Translations under genes and position numbers: made by a program
In this document: positions 1 through 7,445 of the stretch, in pieces
How the letters are laid out: every line of letters begins with the position of its first letter
Position numbering within the stretch: position 1 is the stretch's first letter
Assembly: GCA_038889075.1 (NCBI GenBank)
Contig: JAWAHS010000022.1
Location: 1-12,485 of the forward strand
Direction: 5' to 3'
DNA from: Ignisphaera sp.
Lineage (GTDB): Archaea > Thermoproteota > Thermoprotei_A > Sulfolobales > Ignisphaeraceae
DNA: 12,485 nt
Notes under the pieces: generated by a model
Database searches by the model: none
What the model was told of the DNA's origin: nothing
What the model saw: only the letters and a program-made list of their open reading frames with translations

Positions 1-144
1 ATGGCTAGAATCGAGCTGGTTAGATGTAGCATTATAAAGTATAGGAGAGGAGACTACGTTCTCTACCCACTAGGAAGAGACAAAGAGAAGATCAAGCACC
101 TCCATGGAAAAGAAGTCTACGCGCTAATCATAGCAGAAGAATAA
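1..144 (+). CDS. Small hypothetical protein (47 aa; may extend 5' of the window), possibly swapped-hairpin/AbrB-like
   Basis: Manual translation from ATG at 1 to TAA at 142-144: MARIELVRCSIIKYRRGDYVLYPLGRDKEKIKHLHGKEVYALIIAEE. Purine-rich and coding-like. Pattern: beta-hairpin, YVLYP, short helix, GKEVYALII strand. Shorter than any ORF in the track (all 60 aa or more). Confidence 0.65.
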   Translation: MARIELVRCSIIKYRRGDYVLYPLGRDKEKIKHLHGKEVYALIIAEE

Positions 145-217
145 CATCACCTAATACAAACCTATATAAAACCCGAAACAGTTGTGTGAGGCATTCATTT
201 GGCATTCTTCAAGAGAG

Positions 218-430
218 GTGTTAAGCTCGAAAGAAAAGAACCTCGATAGTTATAAATGTGAATTTCTATAAAATTACTGTAGCTGGATACTAATCAATAG
301 GATATAAATTGAGAGAATTCGGAGAAAGGTATCAAAAGTCGTAAAGTTTATTGAGGATGTCAGAAAACTATCGAAAGATATTGTTGTAAAAATCAGAAAA
401 TCTCAAATAAATTGTGTGTTAGTGAGCTAG
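218..430 (+). pseudogene. Possible decayed gene remnant (RelE/ParE-like N-terminal segment?)
   Basis: One frame from GTG at 218 to TAG at 428-430 with internal TAA stops at 269 and 305. The last 40 codons read IERIRRKVSKVVKFIEDVRKLSKDIVVKIRKSQINCVLVS. A TATA-like TATATAAA lies at 163-170. Family resemblance is by eye only. Confidence 0.2.
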
Positions 431-493
431 TAGATATGCTACTACCAATATAGCTAGTATTATTTTAGGAACCTAAAACTAGAGCCTGAGTCT

Positions 494-613
494 CTAGCGG
501 TCTCCGTGTATGATCTCATATGGTTTCTCTGATACCAATTCAACGATATCTCCATCAACATATTTTGTGAATTATTTTCTGCACTCTTTTTGTATTTTAA
601 GAATTTTTACCAT
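494..613 (-). pseudogene. Possible interrupted small ORF (AbrB/SpoVT-like remnant?)
   Basis: GAGGAG lies upstream of ATG at 613. Reads MVKILKIQKECRK*FTKYVDGDIVELVSEKPYEIIHGDR*, with an in-frame TAA at 572-574. Confidence 0.2.
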
Positions 614-719
614 AGCTCTATCTCCTCAATCTATTTCACAAACTTCTAGTTTCAGAGACAGCCCAAATATTACTCTATATGAGTTGTAGTTGGAGTTAGA
701 TGCTAATGACATAAACTGG

Positions 720-771
720 ATAATAGTAGAGCTTTTAAATGCTATACAATAATAGTCAGAGAATACTATTA
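720..771 (+). promoter_or_regulatory. Candidate MFS promoter: TATA box plus operator-like inverted repeat
   Basis: TTTTAAAT at 733-740. Perfect inverted repeat TAATAGT-N8-ACTATTA at 750-771. ATAATAGT occurs at both 720-727 and 749-756. Confidence 0.45.
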
Positions 772-802
772 GATAGCTATAAGACAGACCATAATCAAAA
801 AC

Positions 803-2041
803 TTGATAGATATGGTGATAATAATACCGAGGTCAAGTGGAAATACTTCTATTGATTATAAAGAGACCTCTAGGTATATAGTGCTTAGACAGTCTCTAGC
901 TTCATTGGCAGACAACTTTTCAGCTCCATATATAGGCTACTATCTAGCATCTCTTACACCTTCAGGTACTACACAGGGGGTTCTGCAGTTTTCCACAAAT
1001 GCTCTACCAACACTAGCACAGGTATTGGTGGGTCCGATAATAGATCGTTTTAAGAGGTACGTCCTAACTTTACTGATTTCCTCAACCATAGCTTCAGTTA
1101 TGTGGCTCATTATTTCGATAACCACCAAGCCACTGTTGTTGACGGCTCTGGTTACTGCTAGAGCTATTTTTGTTGGTATTGCAGGTCTCTCTTTTACAGC
1201 CTTTATAGGCGTTCTATTCAGTGGTATTGAAAGGGGTAGGATTCTAAGTAGGGTTAATGTGGTATCTCAGCTGACGGCACTAGTGGCGTTTACATTAACG
1301 GCTCTTGTAATAAATCCCTCTATAGATGTTCTCAGAATGTTCTTCATTTTTTCTGGTGTGGTAAGCTTGTCAGCTTCTATTCTATGGCTTAGACTGTTGC
1401 ATATAGATCGTCGCCTCAATAATGGTAAAAGAGAGAAAGAGACAAACTTAGTATCAGCTTTAAAGATTGTGAAGCGCAATAGATCTTTTATCAAACTCTC
1501 AATAGCATATTCAAGCCATGTAATGTCGATGGCATTAGCATGGCCATGGTTTCCGTTAGTACAGAAATATGTATTAAATATGAGTGTGGCCGAAATTGCT
1601 ATGCTAAACATCTATGGAACATTCTCAACAATGATAGCCCAATACGTATTTACTAGATACATACATAGAGTTAGCCTTAAGAAGCTGCTTATCGTAAGCA
1701 GAATAGGCTTCATAATACCACCACTATTTTACTCCCAAGCCCACGATCCCATCCTACTCTACATATCAAGCCTCCTCCTAGGTCCCTTCTCAGCACTAAG
1801 CAATGTTGCAATACCACTCTATACACTCAAAATATCTACACATAACATGTATGCAAGCTACATCGCTTTACTAAACTTTTCCCAAGGGATATTAGCTGCG
1901 CTAGGTTCTATAATTGGAGGAACCATTGCAGACATAGCTATCGGGAATCAGAACTATAATAACCTCAGATACGCACTATTGGTTGATACGGGATTGAGGA
2001 TGGCTACATCATTACTATTTACTAAAATAGATGAAGTTTAG
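803..2041 (+). CDS. Major facilitator superfamily transporter
   Basis: 412 aa with about 12 hydrophobic segments in two halves. Motif-A-like GPIIDRFKR after TM2, ERGRILS in the TM4-5 loop, GSIIGGTIAD near the C-terminus. Start is uncertain (TTG 803 or ATG 812). Confidence 0.9.
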   Translation: MIDMVIIIPRSSGNTSIDYKETSRYIVLRQSLASLADNFSAPYIGYYLASLTPSGTTQGVLQFSTNALPTLAQVLVGPIIDRFKRYVLTLLISSTIASVMWLIISITTKPLLLTALVTARAIFVGIAGLSFTAFIGVLFSGIERGRILSRVNVVSQLTALVAFTLTALVINPSIDVLRMFFIFSGVVSLSASILWLRLLHIDRRLNNGKREKETNLVSALKIVKRNRSFIKLSIAYSSHVMSMALAWPWFPLVQKYVLNMSVAEIAMLNIYGTFSTMIAQYVFTRYIHRVSLKKLLIVSRIGFIIPPLFYSQAHDPILLYISSLLLGPFSALSNVAIPLYTLKISTHNMYASYIALLNFSQGILAALGSIIGGTIADIAIGNQNYNNLRYALLVDTGLRMATSLLFTKIDEV

Positions 2042-2573
2042 TAAAATTTTACTGATAGATAATGGTGGAATATTGCTGTTTTCAGCACAACTTTCTATAA
2101 ATATCTCTTCTACTACTTAAAGATACCTCCAGAATTTGTAGCCTATGAAGATGGCGGTGAAGATCTGCATCAGAAAGTGGCCACACCCCGGCTTCAAAAA
2201 TAGGATTCATGTAGAATGTCTAAAAACCCTTAACCATCTTCCATAACAATTTCCACAGTAATTTTCGTGTATTGCTCAACTAGGATTAGGTTTTATCAAC
2301 TATGGAATCTATTTCTACTCAGTATTTAATTTGTTTACCATTACATGCTCTTGTATTTGAAAATGCGACAGCAGCTCGGAAATTAGAGATTACTAAAATC
2401 TACTTAAGAAGGCGAGAAACCTTAATACATACATCTCTTAGAATTCTATAGCCAGTAACAATGATTTTTTGTCTGTAATGGGTGCAACACTTTATGAAGT
2501 TCTCAATCAAAAAAGTATTACAGCAGAAGAATGGCGAAGTTCATTTTAATAGAAAGACGTCTAGGGACCTCAG

Positions 2574-3236
2574 ATGGTCACGGTAGTGGAAAAGCTATAT
2601 ATAGAGTATCTATATAGCAATGTGGATAGCGCTTCTGAGTTGCTTAAAATAGAGCCCGGTTTAATAGTATTGAAAAACTCTAGAGAAACTACTCTATTTA
2701 ACCATCCACACATTAGGCTCTGGCACAGATTTCTACTGGAAGTATTTGATCCTGGAATGTTAGGAAGGGAATACGCCCTAATACTTCCATGTTCACATGC
2801 AAAACCATATAGAATATCCCGACTCCACAGCCAATTAGAATCAATGCTTACAAAATATGATCTCGTATATAGGATTCAGAGATACATCCTCTCGGAGCCC
2901 ATGGTTCTAGTACCACGTGAACTTGATATATATTATCCATTTGCAAACTATGACTATCCACCGAAAGAGTTGACAGAAGGAGATAGAGAGACTTTTGTAA
3001 AGCTTCTAGCCTCTATACTACCAAAACTCAGAAAACACAAAAAGATAGTAGCAGTACTACCAAAACATCATACCAGTATACTTGTATCAGCCTTAAAATT
3101 ATGTAACATGTGCATCGAAATCGAAGTTCATAGTTATGGAAGGAAAGCCTTCAAAACGATAAAGGATGTTGTAGAGAAAATCCGTAACAGCATGCACAGT
3201 ACCCCAACAATAATATCCATCAATATACATATATAA
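2574..3236 (+). CDS. Stand-alone archaeosine synthase (ArcS) catalytic-domain homolog, DUF5591-like
   Basis: PCSHAKPYRISRLH (nt 2787-2828) matches the ArcS signature PCx3KPYx2Sx2H. SEPMVLVPRELDIYYPFANYDYPP downstream is typical of this domain. 220 aa, with no PUA or TGT-like domain recognisable. Confidence 0.85.
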   Translation: MVTVVEKLYIEYLYSNVDSASELLKIEPGLIVLKNSRETTLFNHPHIRLWHRFLLEVFDPGMLGREYALILPCSHAKPYRISRLHSQLESMLTKYDLVYRIQRYILSEPMVLVPRELDIYYPFANYDYPPKELTEGDRETFVKLLASILPKLRKHKKIVAVLPKHHTSILVSALKLCNMCIEIEVHSYGRKAFKTIKDVVEKIRNSMHSTPTIISINIHI

Positions 3237-3379
3237 CCAATAAATACTATATTCGCATTAACAAGTTCACACCCTGGCACCATCGGTGATGTTAAGAAGA
3301 GCCTTAATCTATCGATTGATAAACCCCATTTTAAATAGCAATAAAGGAGTTTCTAGATATCATTTATCAACTAATAGAA

Positions 3380-3931
3380 TTAGTTGGAAACCATATTTAG
3401 CAGTAGCTGGAGTAGCTTCTCATGCCATACTTCGTCGCTAGCTATCTTACTAAGAATTGATTCAATAACAGATGCATTTATTTTATCTATGCAACCCATC
3501 CCTACACCCTCATTGATTAGAGGCAACAATAGCTTATGGTACGTTTCCTCACCCACCGCCCTTTCAATCCATGCTTGTTTTTCAATGAATTCTTTCAAAT
3601 TCATCTTCCTTCCTTCAGATAATTCACTAAGAAGTTCTTGCATCGATGTCCACGGTCTGCCAATAAGCTGAGTACACTCAGCTTCATCAAAAAGATTGTA
3701 ATGTCTTGCCATAAGATCTATATATGTAGCATGGTTTTTGCTTTCTATGGCTAGGACGCTAAGAACTATCTTAGCTACGCCAAGTCCATTATTAGAACCG
3801 TCAATACTATCTATGTAGGCTGTGAAGAGATTTGCAACCATCTGTTCAAGCATATAGCTACAGTAAAGATTTCTACGTATCGTGGTACATACGTCCATAT
3901 GTACACCTGGTGTTGGATAAGGTATACTCAT
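3380..3931 (-). CDS. Ferritin-like (rubrerythrin-type four-helix) protein
   Basis: Helical protein with E29, ESKNH (63-67), ERAVGEETY (123-131) and DEVWH (166-170), the spacing of a diiron carboxylate bundle. Alternative start at Met12. Confidence 0.75.
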   Translation of the reverse strand: MSIPYPTPGVHMDVCTTIRRNLYCSYMLEQMVANLFTAYIDSIDGSNNGLGVAKIVLSVLAIESKNHATYIDLMARHYNLFDEAECTQLIGRPWTSMQELLSELSEGRKMNLKEFIEKQAWIERAVGEETYHKLLLPLINEGVGMGCIDKINASVIESILSKIASDEVWHEKLLQLLLNMVSN

Positions 3932-3971
3932 ATATAAGTTTTATCTGTAAGAGTTTTTGATTTTTGTGGAG

Positions 3972-6395
3972 CTATTCTCTCCATTTCAATAGTGTAGTAG
4001 AGTTGATGATGACGCTTATGTCGCTTAGCATCATTGCTAGTGCAGCATATTCTGGTCTTAGTAATACTCCAAAAGAGTTGTACAGCATCCCCATAGCTAT
4101 CGGTACTAGCATAATGTTGTATACAAATGCCCATATAAGATTTTCTACAGCCTTTTTCTTCACCTTTTCGCTTAAGCTGTAGAGCTTTCTTATTATGCTA
4201 AGATTGTCTGATACTATGATTATATCCCCTGCCTCCTTCGCTATATCCGTTCCCCTACCCATTGCAACACCTAGGAATGCTCTACTTATGGCTACTGCGT
4301 CATTTATCCCATCTCCTATAAAGGCAACCTTCTCTCCATCTTTCTGTAACCTTTCTATAAGCTCCATCTTATCTTCAGGCGTCAGTTCTGCATAAACTTC
4401 ATCTATATTTAGCTGCTTAGCTACTGCTCTAGCAGTAGTAATGTTATCTCCTGTAGCCATTATGATCCTGGTACCTCTCTTCCTTTTAAGGAATGCTATG
4501 GTATCCTCTGCATCCTCTCTTATGGTATCTCTAATAAGTATCACCGCTGCTATACTCCCTTCCATAGCTACAAAGACTGTTGTATACCCTTCACCCCTAC
4601 CCCAATCAGCATAGCTCTTAACGCTATCCGTGAGCTCTATAGCCATGCTCTCCATAAGCTTTTCCGAACCTATGATGATCCCTACACCATCGACCCTGGC
4701 TACTATTCCCATTCCAGGTATGTGGTCATAGCTTTCGGGAGCCCTATAGCCATAGCCTTTTTCACTACAGTAATTTAGGATTGCCGACGCTAATGGATGT
4801 TCACTTCTACTTTCAGCAGAACAAACAAGCGACATTACACTCTCTTCACTAACAGAGTTCCATACCTTTACTCCCTCGACCCTAGGCTTGCCATATGTTA
4901 GCGTACCTGTCTTATCCACAACCACTGCCGATACCATCAGCAGTCTCTCGAAGAAATCCCCTCTTCTAATTAGAATACCTATACGGGTAGCCTTATAAGC
5001 TGCTATAGCCACAACCATTGGTATTGCTATACCCAGTGGACATGGACATGCTACTGCTAATACCGAAGCCGAGAACGCCACTGCTCTACTGAAATCCCCC
5101 ACATTGAGACTCCAGTATAATGCTGTTGCAATACTCAAGAATATTATTAGCCATGTCAATAGACCTACAATTCTATCAGCAATAATTTGCACCCTAGGCT
5201 TTGTAAACTGAGCCTCCCTAACTGTTTCTATAATACTAGATATCATTGTCTCCTTTCCAACCCTTGTAGCCCTAATCTTCATATATCCTGAAACCAGTTT
5301 CGAACCAGCTAAAACGGAGTCCCTTTTTTCTGCCGATTTGAATCGCGGTAGAGACTCTCCAGTAAATGTAGATTCGTCTACATAACCCCAGCCATCTATA
5401 ACAACACCATCTATGCATACCATCTCACCAGCCCGAACCTCAACAATATCACCAACAAATATGTTTTCAACATCCACCTCCTCAATACGGCCATCTCTGA
5501 TGACCTTAGTCCTACATTTTAGAGACTCAGCAAGCCCTTCTATAGACTTTAAGGCCCTTTCCCTAAGTCTAGCTTCTAGGTACTTTCCAAAGCTAACAAA
5601 TCCCAATATGCCTGCTGAAGCTTCAAAAAACGTTTCCCCCTGACCAAGAGCTCTACTCATTACGGCTACACTAAATATGTATGTAGATGTTGCAGATAAT
5701 GATATTAGAGACTCCATCGTGGGTGTAAATCTTAAAAGTGATTTAAAGCCTTTTAGAATAGTATCTTTATTCAAAAGCATGATGGCTGACGCAGCCACCA
5801 GGAGTATGTACTCCCTATAGCTCCATAGAGGTGGCTCAAGACCTAGCACACCGAGACTATGATAAACTACGCTAGCTAAACCTAGAATAAATGATAGCAT
5901 CCTTAGAACGGTATCTCTAGATTCCTCCATACCATATTCTCTAGTGGTTACAACATCTCTAAATTCAATACCTAGATTTTTAATAAAATCCTTTATTTGA
6001 TCTACACTAACCGTATATGGATTATATAGTATTCTTGCTGTACCAGTTATACCAGAAACTCTGCAGTCTATTACACCTCTTAACTGTTTCAGCCTCTCCT
6101 CAATTGACAATGCCTCTTCGCTTTCGATATCTAGAACAAGTAAAAGCTGCTGCTTTTCTACATCATAACCAGCATCCCTTATAGCCTTAACAATTTCATG
6201 CGTCACAATGGATTCATCATATTCAACTACAGCCTCGCCAGAAACACTGTCTATCTTAAAACTCTGAACACCATTCAAACCATATATTTTCCTCTCAATA
6301 GCATATATACAAGAAGGGCAATCGATGCCTATAATTCTAAACCTTTCAATAGCTTTAGCCATGGAAGCCACCGCAGAGGCTTCCTCTTTATACAC
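3972..6395 (-). CDS. copA: Heavy-metal (Cu+) translocating P1B-type ATPase
   Basis: N-terminal HMA domain with GIDCPSC, then TGES, intramembrane CPC, DKTGT phosphorylation site, SEHP, TGDN, GDGIND, YN in TM7 and MxxS in TM8. The true start is probably ATG at 6362, which is preceded by GGTGG. Confidence 0.93.
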   Translation of the reverse strand: MYKEEASAVASMAKAIERFRIIGIDCPSCIYAIERKIYGLNGVQSFKIDSVSGEAVVEYDESIVTHEIVKAIRDAGYDVEKQQLLLVLDIESEEALSIEERLKQLRGVIDCRVSGITGTARILYNPYTVSVDQIKDFIKNLGIEFRDVVTTREYGMEESRDTVLRMLSFILGLASVVYHSLGVLGLEPPLWSYREYILLVAASAIMLLNKDTILKGFKSLLRFTPTMESLISLSATSTYIFSVAVMSRALGQGETFFEASAGILGFVSFGKYLEARLRERALKSIEGLAESLKCRTKVIRDGRIEEVDVENIFVGDIVEVRAGEMVCIDGVVIDGWGYVDESTFTGESLPRFKSAEKRDSVLAGSKLVSGYMKIRATRVGKETMISSIIETVREAQFTKPRVQIIADRIVGLLTWLIIFLSIATALYWSLNVGDFSRAVAFSASVLAVACPCPLGIAIPMVVAIAAYKATRIGILIRRGDFFERLLMVSAVVVDKTGTLTYGKPRVEGVKVWNSVSEESVMSLVCSAESRSEHPLASAILNYCSEKGYGYRAPESYDHIPGMGIVARVDGVGIIIGSEKLMESMAIELTDSVKSYADWGRGEGYTTVFVAMEGSIAAVILIRDTIREDAEDTIAFLKRKRGTRIIMATGDNITTARAVAKQLNIDEVYAELTPEDKMELIERLQKDGEKVAFIGDGINDAVAISRAFLGVAMGRGTDIAKEAGDIIIVSDNLSIIRKLYSLSEKVKKKAVENLIWAFVYNIMLVPIAMGMLYNSFGVLLRPEYAALAMMLSDISVIINSTTLLKWRE

Positions 6396-6438
6396 AATTT
6401 TTGCGTTTCCTCTATAAACACTGTTAGCTACATATGTA
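6379..6438 (-). promoter_or_regulatory. Candidate copA promoter/operator
   Basis: Two 15-bp direct repeats (6381-6395 and 6407-6421, 13/15 identical), each holding a TATA-like hexamer on the minus strand. Perfect palindrome TACATATGTA at 6429-6438. Confidence 0.5.
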
Positions 6439-6554
6439 AAATTGTCATTTGTTCGGTATTTAAAAGATGAAAGGATCTAGTAGTTGGAGCTTGAACCATA
6501 TCTACGATATAGCGTTTACCTCTATGGGATAGCATTTATAAACTGTTTGTAGTC

Positions 6555-7445
6555 CTACAATGTACCTACTTCCCGTCCTGGTATGATCTTCTTCGGTACC
6601 AGTTCATCTAGACTCCCACTTCGATATCCATATAGATCTAGTGTTACATATTTGTAACCAAGTTTCTGAAGCTCCAAAGCTATGGTATCCATAATCTCCT
6701 CACTAAAGAATTTTCTCCTTTCATTACGGTCAACCTCTATTCTGGCTATGTATCCATGGTCTCTAACTCTAACGAGTCTAACATCGGCTATCCTCTTAAC
6801 AGTTTTCTCTGCTTCGGCAATTCTCTTAAGCTTTTCAATAGTTATGGAATCTCCATACGGTATTCTGGAGGCTAGACATGCCATAGGAGGTTTATCCCAG
6901 TTTGGAAGATTCAACGCTCTTGCAATTAGCCTAACCTCATTTTTTGTTACACCAATTTCTGCAAGAGGACTTCTAATACCAGCCTCTCTAATAGCTAAAA
7001 GACCTGGTCTGTGATCGTAGAAGTCTGAGGCATTGGATCCTTCAACAATCACCCTAGCACTGACTCTCTTCGCAATTTCTAGCACCTCTTTAACAAGGTG
7101 CTTTTTACAGAAATAACACCTGTTTACCGGATTGGAAATAAAGTTTGGATCACTAAATTCATCGCTCTCAAAAATGATGTGCTCAACTTCCAATAGGCTG
7201 GCTATTTCCTTAGCCCACTTAAAATCCTCCTCAGGATATGTTGGGGATACAGCTGTAGCAGCAACAACATTTTCACTGCCTAGAGACAGTACTGCGATCG
7301 CCAGTACAACAGAACTATCAACACCACCTGAAAAAGCAACTACTACAGGACCCCCTATACCTCTAAACCACTCTATGAGTTTTAGAAACTTATCTGCGAC
7401 ACTACCATCTAGTGTTCTCAAAATCTCCTCTAAATCAGCTATCAC
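6555..7445 (-). CDS. larE: LarE-family ATP-dependent sulfur transferase (PP-loop)
   Basis: PP-loop AFSGGVDS, plus NRCYFCK, GSNASD, RPG, SPL, CLASRIPYG, RVRDHG and GYRSGS, all typical of LarE. Confidence 0.9.
   Translation of the reverse strand: MIADLEEILRTLDGSVADKFLKLIEWFRGIGGPVVVAFSGGVDSSVVLAIAVLSLGSENVVAATAVSPTYPEEDFKWAKEIASLLEVEHIIFESDEFSDPNFISNPVNRCYFCKKHLVKEVLEIAKRVSARVIVEGSNASDFYDHRPGLLAIREAGIRSPLAEIGVTKNEVRLIARALNLPNWDKPPMACLASRIPYGDSITIEKLKRIAEAEKTVKRIADVRLVRVRDHGYIARIEVDRNERRKFFSEEIMDTIALELQKLGYKYVTLDLYGYRSGSLDELVPKKIIPGREVGTL

Noticed and set aside
940-1611. Minus-strand ORFs 940-1128 and 1267-1611
   Set aside because: Antisense shadows inside the MFS gene with no motifs.
2040-2053. 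Perfect 14-bp palindrome AGTAAAATTTTACT at the MFS stop codon
   Set aside because: Low-complexity A/T core. One such palindrome is plausible by chance in 12 kb of AT-rich DNA.
3286-3340. C-box-like GTGATGT between convergent genes
   Set aside because: No CTGA D box at a suitable distance.
3384-6470. Short ORFs 3384-3671, 3928-4134, 3964-4182, 4195-4395, 5413-5643 and 6198-6470
   Set aside because: They overlap copA or the ferritin-like gene antisense or out of frame. None resembles a TRASH/YHS or HMA chaperone.
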